A DNA stretch of 64,000 nucleotides from Octopus vulgaris (GCA_951406725.2 OX597818.1:46066001-46130000); one strand, 5' to 3'. Positions 1 through 12,011 are shown, counted from the stretch's first letter. Notes: generated by a model from the letters alone, not told the origin. A program made the numbers and translations.

Positions 1-500
1 GTAATGTCAAATAATTTGTTCTGGTTATTGTTATTGTGTTTTTTTCACTTCTTTACACTTTTTAATTTTCTCTTCTTGTTTTCATTTGCTCTTTCTTTCC
101 TTCTTCTTTTCTCACCTTTTCCTTTGATCTTTCTCCTCATTTTAACATACACATCTCTTCTCCCCTCTCTATCCACTTAATACTACCACTGCATTCTCAA
201 ATTTTCATTCACACCACAAGACCCCTTTGAATGAACAGCATATGGAATCTACGTCTCCACACTTTCCATTTGTGATGACGAAATATGAACTCCAATTAGA
301 ATTTACATACCATGGACAGGAAGCATTTCTACCACTTCTACACACCACTTTCCTTGGATAATTGAACTGCAACTATAGCATTTTTATACATTTTTATTTT
401 AATCTCTACATTCATTCTCCTATTTCCCTATATACTCCTGATTTGCTTCCTTTTCCAAAATAACTCCTCATATTGAACTCTATTTAACTATCTCACATTG

Positions 501-546
501 TCTCTGATGAAGGGATATCCCTAATATCCCAGAAACAGCTGTAAGA
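501..546 (+). ncRNA. Minimal type I hammerhead ribozyme motif
   Basis: tct CTGATGA a gggatat-cccta-atatccc a GAAA c-agct-g TA aga: complete core, 7-bp stem II, 1-bp stem III with palindromic loop, short stem I tct/aga. Predicted cleavage after 543. Confidence 0.75.
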
Positions 547-692
547 TTAACTTTCTTTTTATAAATGTCCTGAAAATTTGACACAGCCTTGGCTTTGTTG
601 TCTCATTTTATTTAACGCACATGCACGCACACACACACATATATATACATACATACATAATACACACACACATATATACATACATACATAAT

Positions 693-723
<31 letters not shown>

Positions 724-963
724 CACACACACACATGCACATCTTTTATCTTTTACTTTTTTCAGTCATTAGACTGCGTCCATGCAAGGGCACTACCTTG
801 GAGAACTTTTTAGTCAAAATGAATCGACCCCAGTACTTATTCTTTTAAGCCCAGTACTAATTCTATCAATCTCCTTTGCTGAACTGCTAAGTTATGAGGA
901 CATAAATACACTAGCACTGGTTGTGAAGTGGTAGTAGGGGACAAACACATATACACACACACA

Positions 964-1044
<81 letters not shown>

Positions 1045-1154
1045 GCACAGGCAAGGCTGTGTGACTGTGTGGCACCTTGGGCAAGTGTCTTGTACTATAG
1101 CCTCGAGCCAACCAAAACCTTGTGAGTGTATTTGGTAAGAAGCCTGTCATGTAT

Positions 1155-1235
<81 letters not shown>

Positions 1236-1452
1236 AGTCTTTGTGTCTGTGTTTGTCTCCCCACCACCACTTGACAACTGGTATTGGTATATTTGTGATC
1301 CTGTAACTTAGCAATTTGGCAAAGAGAGACTGATAGAATAAGTACAGGGTTTAAAATAGAAGTACTGGGGTCAATACATTCATTTGACTAAAAATTCAAG
1401 GCAGTGCCTCAGCATGGCCACAGTCTAATGATTGAAACAAGTAAAAGATAAA
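1045..1452 (+). mobile_element. tRNA-derived SINE family A (CORE-like), partly deleted head
   Basis: ggcaccttgggcaagtgtctt core, internal (TA)n, tail cagcatggccacagtctaatgattgaaacaagtaaaaga. Confidence 0.8.
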
Positions 1453-1827
1453 AGATATACATGACAAGCTTCTTTCAGTTTCCATCTACCAAGTCTCTCA
1501 CAAGACTTTGGTCACACTGGGGCTATAGTAAAAGACAGTTGCCCAAGGTGACACGCAGTGGGACTGAACCCAGAATCATGCGGTTAGGAAGCAAACTCCT
1601 TACCACACACTTCTTACATACGCCTAAATGCTTCATAAGTTGCTCAATATTTTAAACACAATTCATAGCATAGAATTTTTTCTTTGTTCCCTTTTATGTT
1701 AACCATATTGTATGGTTCCTTGTTAAGTAGAAATAACAATAAGAGTTGTTACAGTTTTTTAATTGTTGATAATGCATAGAAAATTATTCAAAGCTGCTCT
1801 TATGTTGCATACACTTTCTTTTCACAG

Positions 1828-1968
1828 GAAGAACACTTCCGGTTCCAGTGTCATGTAAAGTATGTGGAGACAAAAGCTACGGGAAACATTATGGAGTTTA
1901 TTGTTGCGATGGCTGTAGCTGCTTTTTCAAACGGAGTATTCGCCGAAAGATGGTCTATTATTGCATTG
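1828..1968 (+). CDS. NR2E5/HR83-like nuclear receptor, coding exon A (first zinc finger of DNA-binding domain)
   Basis: Acceptor ttttcacag| and donor |gtaaat; 141 nt, phase 1-1. Translates [46 protein letters not shown]. The C4 finger with P-box CDGCSC is typical of HR83/NR2E5. No start codon in this exon, so an upstream exon is missing or outside the window. Confidence 0.95.
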
Positions 1969-2107
1969 GTAAATTGGGCAGAATTTTGAATAATGATTAA
2001 CCCCTTTTGTTACCATATTTCTGTTGAAAAACATTATCTTTGTTTCAATTAATTTTTTAAAATACTGGAGAAATTAGTAAAATGATTGGCTGGTGTTTAA
2101 GACACAT

Positions 2108-2520
2108 ACTCTTTTACTCTTTTACTTGTTTCAGTCATTTGACTGTGGCCATGCAGGAGCACCGCCTTTAGTCGAGCAAATCAACCCTAGGACTGATTCT
2201 TTGTAAGCTTAGTACTTATTCTATCGGTCTCTTTTGCAAACCGCTAAGTTACGGGGGACGTAAACACACCAGCATTGGTTGTCAAGCGATGTTGTGGGGA
2301 ACAATCACAGACACACAAGCGTATACACACACACACGCATATATATACATATATACGATGGGCTTCTTTCAGTTTCCGTCTACCAAATCCACTCACAAGG
2401 CTTTGGTCGGCCCGAGGCTATTGTAGAAGACACTTGGCCAAGGTGCCACGCAGTAAGACTGAACCTGGAACCATGTGGTTCGTGAGCAAGCTACTTACCA
2501 CACAGCCACTCCTACGCCTA
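2108..2520 (-). mobile_element. tRNA-derived SINE family A, full length
   Basis: Minus strand has A-box ggagtggctgtgtggt, B-box-like ggttcagtc, internal TA/TG microsatellite and (agtaaaag)n tail. Many other copies in the window. Confidence 0.88.
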
Positions 2521-3932
2521 GGAATATTAACAAAATTTTGATAGATTTTAATTTAGACCACTTTAAAACAGGAAACAAGGGGTAGTTCCTTACAATTTTT
2601 TTTTTTTTGACTGGACATATAATATTAAAACCCTTACAAAAATGTTAGAAACTCTGCTCAATACTTACTAAGTGCCATATGAGACAGTTATAAGAAAATT
2701 GAAGTTTCAAGGTGCATAAATAGCAATTGCTTTTAGATGACCATTTAGGTTTGAACTGTATTCTTCAGCTTAATTACCTATCTTCTATCTTTTACTTGTT
2801 TCAGTCATTGGACTGTGACCATACTGGGACACCACTTTGAAGGGTTTAGTTCAATAAATCAATTCCAGTACTTATGTTTTTTTAAAGTCTAGTAGTCTAG
2901 TACTTTTTCTATTGGTCTCTCTTGTCACAAGGCTAAGTTACGGGGACATAAACAACCCAATATTATTTGTCGAGTGGTGGCAGTGGTGATGGGAGACAAA
3001 CAAAAAGACAGACACGTGTGTGTGTGTGTTTGTGTGTCTGTGTTTGTCCCCCTAGCATTGCTTGACAACTGATGCTGGTGTGTTTATGTCCCCGTTACTT
3101 AGCGGTTCGGCAAAAGGAACCGATAGAATAAGTACTGGGCTTACAAAAGAATAAGTCCCGGGGTCGAGTTGCTCAATTAAAGGCGGTGCTCCAACATGGC
3201 CGCAGTCAAATGACTGAAACAAGTAAAGTAAAAGAGAGATACACACACGTGTGTGTGTGTGTGCATTTACACACATGTGTGTCACCTTCTAGATCCTGCA
3301 TTAAAAACTTTACTTCATATTTCTTATCTCAAAACTATTTGCAATTCTTTCTCTGTCTACATTTTTTTCCCTTCAGACATCGATCTGGTTTTCTAATTGA
3401 TGTTGAAACTGAAACATCAATCATGTCAGTCTCACCAGTCACAGAAAGACTAACAAAACACTCATAAAATTTACACTGCTGTCACTTTGTCACTGCTTAC
3501 AACAACAAGTTGTTTACAATAATGTGATAACTATTTACGGTTGGGTGGGCTTGGTTGCCTAAGAGACCAAGCTTGCAGATAAAATACAATTGGACTAAGG
3601 TTACCGATACAATACAGTACCAGTAGCTGGATACATAATATGCACACCATCACTTTAAAGTGATAAAATAACAATCAGTCAGAATGACATTCGAACCATT
3701 GTTTGATTTTCGTCATCATCATCATTTCAATATTCATTTTTCCATGCTTGTATGGGTCAGGTGGAAGTTGTCGAGGCAGATTTTCTACAGCTGGATGCCC
3801 TTCCTGTTGCCAACCCTCACCTGTTTCCAAGTATAGTAATATTTTCCTGAAGCTAAACATGTTTTTCATAGAAGAATAGAAATGAACAACCTTGCTTATA
3901 TGATGATGATGCTCATTTATAACCATTGTGTG

Positions 3933-3977
<45 letters not shown>

Positions 3978-4070
3978 TACACACATACATACATACACAC
4001 ACACACACATACATACATACATACATACATATATACATACATACATACATAGATACATACATACATACAT

Positions 4071-4330
4071 ACCTTTGAAACGCGGAGTAGATGAAACAGG
4101 GACAACTGATGAAGGGGAATATTCTTTATGTTGCAGGTCTCGTTTCTCTGTTTGTTATTTTCGTTGTTCAAAACAAAAGTTCGTTTTCTATGTTTTTGTT
4201 TTTATGTTTTCGTTTCTCATTGTGTTCAACGTTTTTTTGATGTCCTGTACCCATATATGCATGTATATATACATTTATATGTAGGTATGTACATATATGT
4301 ATGTATATATGCATATATTTATATATTATT
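4071..4330 (+). mobile_element. Penelope-like pLTR fragment
   Basis: Shares gaaa..ggagtagat...gacaactgatgaaggg..ttctttatgtt and gatgtcctgtacccatat with the reverse strand of 42410-42570. Confidence 0.6.
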
Positions 4331-4353
4331 TATATACATACATGCATGCATGC

Positions 4354-4384
<31 letters not shown>

Positions 4385-5029
4385 CATACATACATACATA
4401 CATACATACATACATACATACATACATACATCATCATCATCCTTTAACATTCATTTTCTATGTTGGCATGGGTTAGACGGTTTGACCAGAGCTGGCAAGC
4501 TGCACCAGTTTCCAGTTTGATTCTGCTTGGTTTTAACAGCTGAATGTCCTTCCTAACACCAACCACTTTACAGTGTGTATATATGCGGTGATCTTAACAT
4601 GCCACCAGCACAAGCACCTCTTTGTGGCACTGGCACAAGTGCTTATTATGTGGCACCAGCACACTCATGCTCGTGCCACATAAAAAAAGTACATACGTAT
4701 ATACATACGCGCACACACATACACACACACAAACACTCATTTCTCTCTACCAAATCTACTCACAATGCTTTGATCAGCCGAGAGCTATAGTGGAAGACAT
4801 TTGCCCTAGGTGCCATACAAAGGGACTGAAACCAGAACCATGTGGTTCAGAAACATGCTTCTTAATCACACATCCAATCCTGTGTCTATTGCAGCCACAC
4901 CTGCACCTATCATATGTTATCGTTTTATGTGAATAACAGAGGATGCATTAATAAGAGAGTAAAGCAGATGAAATGTCACACTTTTGCATGCCTTGTAGTG
5001 GTTTCCTGTCTTGTTGCAGGTTTTTTCTT

Positions 5030-5445
5030 TCCAACTAATCCTATGACAGACACCCAGTAGTGGCCAGTGCCACTGGACTGACTCCTGTGCAGGTGGCAAG
5101 TAAAGAAACACCATTTCGACCCTGTGCTTGAGGAGACCTATTGAGTCAAGTACATCAACATCAAAAATCAATGGAAATTGCAGTTGTGATCCCTGTGCCG
5201 GTGGCACGTAAAAAGCACCAGCCGATCATGGCCGTTGCCAGCCTCACCTGGCACCTGTGCTGGTGGCATGTAAAAAGCACCCACTACACTCTCGGAGTGG
5301 TTGACGTTAGGAAGGGCATCCAGTTGTAGAAACACTGCCATATCAGACTGGAGCCTGGTGCAGCCTTCTGGTTTCCCAGATCCCGGTTGAACTGTCCAAC
5401 CCATGCTAGCATGGAAAACAGACATTAAACGATGATGATGATGAT
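5030..5445 (+). mobile_element. Repeat family C: 3' UTR of RTE-type LINE or derived SINE ending in (GAT)n
   Basis: aaaagcacccactacactctcggagtggttg..ttaggaagggcatccag ... catggaaaacagacattaaacgatgatgat. The same tail follows the RTE ORF at 30615. Other copies near 4428, 17280, 24230, 24990, 29960 and 55082. Confidence 0.75.
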
Positions 5446-5525
5446 TCAAGACTTTAATTATCTTAGATTTTTATACTTAATGAAATTGTTAATTAAAAGT
5501 GTTATACAACATCCATCTATATTAC

Positions 5526-5670
5526 TATAAAGTTGTCCCAAAAGTTCGTAGAAAGTCTTGGAAAATAAAGGTCTTTATTTTGAGGAATAATTTTTGTTGC
5601 TTTTGTTAGTACTTGGCAAGTAAAAATTCAATTTTCGCAAGTGTTTACGAACTTTTGGGACAACCTAATA
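5526..5670. mobile_element. Tc1/mariner-type MITE
   Basis: TIRs gttgtcccaaaagttcgta / tacgaacttttgggacaac with TA flanks. Confidence 0.8.
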
Positions 5671-5731
5671 TATCAAATGTTTGCTTCTGAAAAGTTTGAA
5701 AGCAAGCTTATAGTTTTGAAATGGAATTCAA

Positions 5732-5939
5732 CCCTTTCGTTACCAACCCAGCTGAAACCGGCTTTGGCTCTGAGTTCAAATGTCTTGTTTTCATAACATC
5801 TTCCACCAAACCTTAGTCACAATTTATGTTCCTAACACTAGCTGAATGATAACTAAGTTATTTTACTAAATTCTTTGTTATATTTAAAGTAATTGAAAGA
5901 AACACAGAACATCTCAAAATAAATACAGTAACGAAAGGG
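5732..5939 (+). mobile_element. piggyBac-type MITE
   Basis: TIR ccctttcgttac / gtaacgaaaggg with TTAA-like flanks. Confidence 0.85.
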
Positions 5940-6041
5940 TTAGTAGTACATACATTTATAATTTTTGCAATTTTCATTAAGTCATTTAAGTAGATGTATT
6001 CTCAAAACATGATCTCTTTCTTCCCTTTTTCTCTCAACTAG

Positions 6042-6134
6042 CAAAAGGTAAATGCCAAGTTGACAAAACTAGACGGAACTGGTGTCCATATTGCCGTCTT
6101 CAGAAATGTTTCAAAGCTAAAATGAATAAAGATG
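6042..6134 (+). CDS. NR2E5/HR83-like nuclear receptor, coding exon B (second zinc finger)
   Basis: Polypyrimidine tract then caactag|, donor |gtgatt; 93 nt, phase 1-1. Translates [31 protein letters not shown], in frame with exon A. Confidence 0.95.
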
Positions 6135-6900
6135 GTGATTATTTAATTTTTATAATACATTTTAATATTGCTTCATAGTAGTTATCTACATGTTTTCATT
6201 TATTTATTTAATTATTTATTTTTGCTAAAAGAGTAATGGGTAAATGAACAATAAATATTAGTTTCAAATGTTGGCACAAGGCCAGCAAATTTTGGGGAAA
6301 GGCTAAGTCAATTACATCAACCCCAGTGCTCAACTAGTACTTGTTTCATTGACACCAAAAGGAGGAATGGCTAAGTCAACCTTGGCAGAATTTGAACTTA
6401 GATTGTAAAGACAGATTAAATGCCACTAAGCATTTTGCCTCGTAAGCTAACAATTCTGCCAGCTTTCCATTTTATTAAGTATTGATAAAACTTACTTTTA
6501 TTTGTCATCTTCTTTTGCTTTGCTCATTGGACTGTGGCCATGCTAGAGCACTGCCTTGACAGATTCAGTAAAATAAATTGAACCCAGTTCTTATTTAAGT
6601 CTGGTACTTTTCTATTGGTTTCTTTTTACAAATCTGCTAAGTTATGGGAAAAGATAAACACAAACACTGAGACATACATACATGCATATATATATGACAG
6701 GCTTCTATGCGTCCATCTACCAGATTTACTCATAAGACATTGTTTAGCCTGGGGCTATAATAGAAGACACTCAACCAAGGTACCATATAGTAGGGTTGAA
6801 CCTGAAACCATGTGGTTGCAAATTAAACTTCTTTGTTGATAAATAAATTTGAAATCAGTATTGTTTTTTTTTTTTTTTTGATTTGGTTTGCAAGATTCTT

Positions 6901-7178
6901 TATGTGAGTTCGTGTGTTGAAGCATATTTTGTTGTGTCTGGGGAGAGTCATTTTCTTTTTGTGCCTTATAATTTAACACACTCACAGGTAAAATTTCCAC
7001 TTACTTCTTATTTTTATTTTCCTAAAGTTTGCGTTGTGTCTTACAACCTTTTCAATAGTCTTCATTAAAAAATAAGAGGAAATTTTACCGGTGAGTGTGT
7101 TAAATTATAAAGCACAAAAAGAAAATGACTCTCACCAGACACAACAGAATATGTTTCAACACACACTAACTAAACATA
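6901..7178. repeat. Fold-back inverted repeat
   Basis: Arms about 6901-6998 and 7078-7178 (gagagtcattttctttttgtgc...ttataatttaacacactcac and its reverse complement); 79-bp spacer. Confidence 0.85.
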
Positions 7179-7563
7179 GACACACATAGAGGTATATGCA
7201 TGCGCAAATGAAGACACATACAATAGGAGTACAAAATACAAAATGCCTGACCGTTAGTAAGGAGAGACACACAAATAAGAAAGAAGAAAGCAAAGGACCA
7301 CTCATGAGGTCACAGAAGTGTGACGAAAGAACTCTGGCCGAAATATGATTAAGATTAATGAAGCAAATTAACACCAAATATATAGTGCATGTGTTTTTAT
7401 TGGCTAAACTGGCAAAATGACCATTCCTAAATACAACAGTATTGTTTTTGTTTTAAACCAAAGAAAGTAATTCTCTGTTTTAATAGAAATCTAATTTTTT
7501 TTCTTAATGTATTTCTACAAATAAGAAATTATTAATGGATGTATGTAAAATTTGTTATTGTAG

Positions 7564-7890
7564 CTGTTCAAGAAGAAAGAGGGCCGCGAAAGAATAAAAC
7601 TTGTGCCAAATCTACTGAAATGAACCAAACCAGTGAATCATGCAAAACTTTTAGTAGCAGTAAAAGAAATACTCAACAAGAAGCTGCCATTTCTTTCTTC
7701 CACAAGAACAAAGAAGTAACAGCATCCTCACCAAAGGAATACAAGGATTCATTCCAGTACATTAGTGCTTTCCGACCAGTTGCTCCAAGATCTCAACCAT
7801 TGCAGCATTTCTCGTGTTCCTTTTTCAACCAAAGTTTAAATTTTCCTTTTCAACAAGCTGTGGTGCCACTTCAAATTTCAGGAAAAAATG
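7564..7890 (+). CDS. NR2E5/HR83-like nuclear receptor, coding exon C (T-box and hinge)
   Basis: Acceptor ttgtag| and donor |gtaaaa; 327 nt. Begins AVQEERGPR (NR2E T-box). Lies within ORF 7539..7940. End phase 1 matches the next exon. Confidence 0.88.
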
Positions 7891-8359
7891 GTAAAAATAA
7901 TTGCTCCCTTTTTTTTTTTTTTTTAATCGGTAATGGTTAATGGCAGAATTGATAGAACATTGAGCTTTATGTTCCTTTAAGTTTTGTTTTCAAAATAAGT
8001 TTGACTTCGTTTTTTTTTTTATCCTTCTGGGGCCAGAAAAAAAATGTAGCTATCAAAAAGCAAGGTTGATTAAATCAATAACATTCTTCCTCAAAAGTGT
8101 ATAGGCCAATATCAGTTACAAATCATTATTGCTGCTGTAGTTGTATTGTTGCTTGGTGTCAGTGTTTAAAAAAATAATATTTCCGGCTTGTACTTGTTTG
8201 GCGAGTGATTTTGTATGAGATTGAATGTTGAGAATAAAACAATTGCTTTATGATAGAATCATATCAACCACTTAAACTACACTACATTGTCAAGTTCTAC
8301 AGATTTTTTTCCTGGCTAACATGGTCAAATTCATGTTTATTTTCACTTTTGTTGCTTTA

Positions 8360-8740
8360 TTATTGTTGTTTTTTTTTTTTGGTCACCTAAAGTGCCTGAG
8401 GATAACTCTCAGAAGCGCTAGAGCCGCAGAAGGGAGACGAATCATCTCATCCATTGTAGCCCCTAGCTGGCGGATATAGTGTTCCACCATCTGGGCCGGA
8501 CATTGCAGCCAGAGATGCTCTGCAGATTCCACCTCCTTGTTACAGAGTCTGCATTGATCTGTGTCGCTGCCTCCTGCCATCTTTTGCCACAGCCTGAGTG
8601 CCGGATGATGACCACTATGGAAGCATATCATGTCTGTGAAATCTGCCTTCAAGAGGTCTGCTTCGGTTCTTTCATCTGGCTTCTTGGTGAAGACTTCCTT
8701 CAGATGGGGGTGTTGAATTGGCGTTGGCTGAAACGTTCAA
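8360..8740 (-). mobile_element. 3' end of I-group non-LTR retrotransposon
   Basis: SGHHPAL...CRLCNKEVESAEHLWLQCPA (C-terminal CCHC knuckle); stop followed by an A-rich/(CAA)n tail. Confidence 0.75.
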
Positions 8741-8767
8741 CAACTGTTGTTGTTGTTGTTGTTGTTA

Positions 8768-9170
8768 AGGAAGTGAACTGGCAGAATTGTTAGCATACTG
8801 GACAAAAATGCTACTAAGCATTTTTGCCCAGCTTTACATTCCGAGTTCAAATTCTGCCAAGGTTATTTTTAAAAGCCTTTCATCCTCTTGAGATCAATAA
8901 AACAAGTACCCATTGAGCACTGGGGTAGATATAATGTTTTTGTTATTATAAGCTAGGCAGCGATCTGGCAGAAACATGAACACACCAGAGAAAATGCTTA
9001 GTGGATTTTCATCTGTTTTTACATTCTGAGTTTGAATGCCACTATGCTCAAATTTGCTTCTATCCTCACAGAGTTGACAAAATATGTACCAGTAGAGCAC
9101 TGGGGTGAATGTAATCAACTAGCACCCCACTCACAAAATTGAAGCCTTGAACCTATAGTAGAAAGAATTA

Positions 9171-9210
<40 letters not shown>

Positions 9211-9333
9211 CTAATTCCCTCCCATTAAACTTACTGATCTTGTACCAAAAATTCAAAACATTATTATTATTATTATTATTATTATCTAATTCCCTCCCAT
9301 TAAACTTACTGATCTTGTACCAAAAATTCAAAA

Positions 9334-9384
<51 letters not shown>

Positions 9385-9573
9385 GAAGGTGGTGAGCTGC
9401 CAGAATCATTAGTACTTGGCAGCATTTCATCTGTCTTTACATTCTGAGTTCAAATCCCACCAAGATCAACTTTGCTTCAGGATCAATAAATTAAGTACCA
9501 GTTGCTTACTGGGAGTGATGTAGTTGACATCCCCCTCCCTCAAATTTCAGGCCTTGTACCTATAGCAGAAAGG

Positions 9574-9575
<2 letters not shown>
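8768..9575 (+). mobile_element. Cluster of degenerate SINE family B copies with (ATT)n tails
   Basis: Three heads of the gaactggcagaa / gatctggcagaa / gagctgccagaa type, each followed by ttacattctgagttcaaat-like sequence. Confidence 0.72.
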
Positions 9576-9615
<40 letters not shown>

Positions 9616-9617
<2 letters not shown>

Positions 9618-9968
9618 ACATTTGGTAGTTTCAGGCAAATTTCTACTGCATCACCTGCTCCACTTCTGTGTTGCTGGGGTGTGTGCTTTTTTGTTGTTAG
9701 GGGACAGCAATCTCTTCCCAGTATTGTATTGTGTCAGTTTGTTTTGATATATAGTCTGGTTGCAGTCTTTTGTTGTATTAGTGCCTGTATTATGTGTTGT
9801 GTGTGTAACATGAATTGTGTTCATCTTTTGGGTGTTTTAGCTTGTTGGTGGTTGTTTATTTTATTGGATATTTGCTATATAGAGCATCTTGCATTTGATT
9901 GAGTTGTATTATTGAATTGATAGCGTCTTGTATAGGATGTGGGCTGTTCCTAGTAGGGCTATTTTTTG
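9616..9968 (-). mobile_element. 3' end of R4/Dong-clade non-LTR retrotransposon
   Basis: 9909-9968 minus translates QKIALLGTAHILYKTLSIQ-stop (R4-type C-terminus). The 3' UTR ends directly at a (TAA)n tract. Confidence 0.75.
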
Positions 9969-10504
9969 GTTAGCCTAAGGCTTTAGTAGAAGACACTTTC
10001 CCAAGGTGCCATGCAGTGGGATTGAACCCTGAACTATGTGGTTGTGAAGCAAACTTCTTACCACACAGCCACATCCATTTTCTTTTATATGATTTACTTT
10101 AACTCTATATTGTGTATATCAGTTATGAAAGCTAAAGCCAGAAAGTTAGTGATATAGTTTTAGATGTATCAGATTTAGTAGAAGTAAAATATTGTAATCA
10201 ATACCATATCAATACTATAGCTGGTCAGAACAATAAACTTTGAGTAAAGTTGTCTGCATGATCAAAGTTGACCATTACTAATGAATAATAATTGTGGAAG
10301 AGAGGTTGAGGATGAAAGAAAGTGTGCAAACAAAATCAGAAAGAATTAGTGTTTATAAGAAAAATGGAAGAAAAGAAATACACATCCATACAATTTCTAA
10401 AAGCTGGCCAACAATTGATTTCTAATAGATGCAGTAAAGTAGGGTATTGGTGACTAGGTCGTAGGGATGTTTGGCAAAAGATTTTGATTTTCAATAATAT
10501 ATAT

Positions 10505-11045
10505 AGGTGCAGGCAAAGCTGCGTGGTAAGAAGTTCGTTTTCATGACCACATAGTTCCGGGTTCAGTCTCACTTGAATGGCACTTTGGGCAAGTGTCTTC
10601 TTCTATAGCTTTGGGCCAACCAAAACCTAGGAATGGCTGTGTGGTAAGTAGCTTGCTTACGAACCACATGGTATGGTTCCGGGTTCAGTCCCACTGTGTG
10701 GCACCTTGGGCAAGTGTCTTCTACTATAATCTCTTGCCGACCAAAGCCTTGTGAGTGGATTTGGTAGATGGAAACTGAAAGAAGCCTGTCATATATATAT
10801 GTATGTATGTGTGTGTGTATATGTTTGTGTGTTTGTGTTTGTCCCCCCCACCACCACCCCAACATCGCTTGACAACCAATGCTGGTGTGTTTACGTCCCT
10901 GTAACTTAGAGATTCAGCAAAAGAGACCGATAGAATAAGTACTACGCTTACAGAGAATAAGTCCTGGGGTTGATTTGCTCAACTAAAGGCAGTGCTCCAG
11001 CATGGCCACAGTCAAATGACTGAAACAAATAAAAGAGTTAAAAAG
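10505..11045 (+). mobile_element. SINE family A with duplicated head
   Basis: Two successive tRNA-like heads (about 10505 and 10630) followed by one body and tail. Confidence 0.8.
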
Positions 11046-11796
11046 AGAGTATGTATATATCTATGTGTGTGTGTGTCTTTGTGTCTGTGTTTGTTCCCCA
11101 CCACCATTGTTTCACAACCGATGTTGGTATGTTTATGTCCCCATAACTTGGTGATTTGGCAAAAGAGACTGATAGAATAAGTACTAAGCTTACAAAGAAT
11201 AAGTCCTGGAGGTCGATTCCTATGACTGAAATCCTTTAAGGTAGTGCTCCAGCATTTCAACAGTCAAATGACAGAAACAAGTAAAAGAATAAAAGAATTC
11301 CCTAAACTTGTGGCTTTGTCAGTGTTTGGTGAGCTGGCAGAATCATTAGAGCATCAAATAAAATGCTTAGTGGTAGTTCTTACAACACTTTATGTTCTGT
11401 ACTCAAATCCTGCTGAGGTCAAATAAAGTACCAGTCAAATAATCAAATAATCTCCCTCGTCAAAAAAAAATTGCTGGCCTTGTGCTAAAATTTGAAACAA
11501 TTAATGTTGAGTATGATAGGTTGACAGAAAAAGGTACAATACAAAACAAATTCCTTATGGTACTTCATCTTCAAATTTTGCAAAGTTCAACTTTGCTTTC
11601 CCTTTCTCTTGGTTCAATAAAATAAGCAAAAGTCTTTTTTTTTTTTCCTTCCTCAATAAATCTATAATTTGTACTGATGTGAGAAATCATCATATAAAAC
11701 TTTGTTGATTGAAATTACTATTTCTTTCCTTTAAGAATCTGTAACAAAACAAAGAAGAAAGACAATGATTTTCTTTATCTTTTTCTTATCTTCTAG

Positions 11797-12011
11797 ACTT
11801 GTGGGATTCTTTGTTTGAACTCAGTACTAATGTACTCTCACTGACATTGCATCGAGTTTTATCAAACCAAATTCTCTTTTTGTTAAAACCAGTCAATCAA
11901 ATGATGCTATTGGAACACAGCTGGAGTTGTCTATTCTTACTAAGTTTAACACAGTGGCAAACAGATTCTAATAAATTAGATATATACATTGAGAATAATC
12001 AAAGAGAAAAT
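11797..12011 (+). CDS. NR2E5/HR83-like nuclear receptor, coding exon D (LBD helices 3-5)
   Basis: Pyrimidine tract then ttctag|, donor |gtaagt. Translates DLWDSLFELSTNVLSLTLHRVLSNQILFLLKPVNQMMLLEHSWSCLFLLSLTQW..., matching the LBD signature F..L...DQ..LL...W..LF.L. Phase 1-0. Confidence 0.88.

Noticed and set aside
621-1277. YIYI/HTHT/CVCV ORFs here and throughout (for example 43550-44186, 45736-46101, 50544-50969)
   Set aside because: They are translations of TA/CA microsatellites and SINE bodies, not proteins.
4071-4117. Circularly permuted (type II) hammerhead: GAAA..GUA before CUGAUGA, also at 42530-42566 minus
   Set aside because: The flanks could pair as stem II, but no stem I can be formed in either copy. 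More likely halves of decayed tandem type I motifs or chance.
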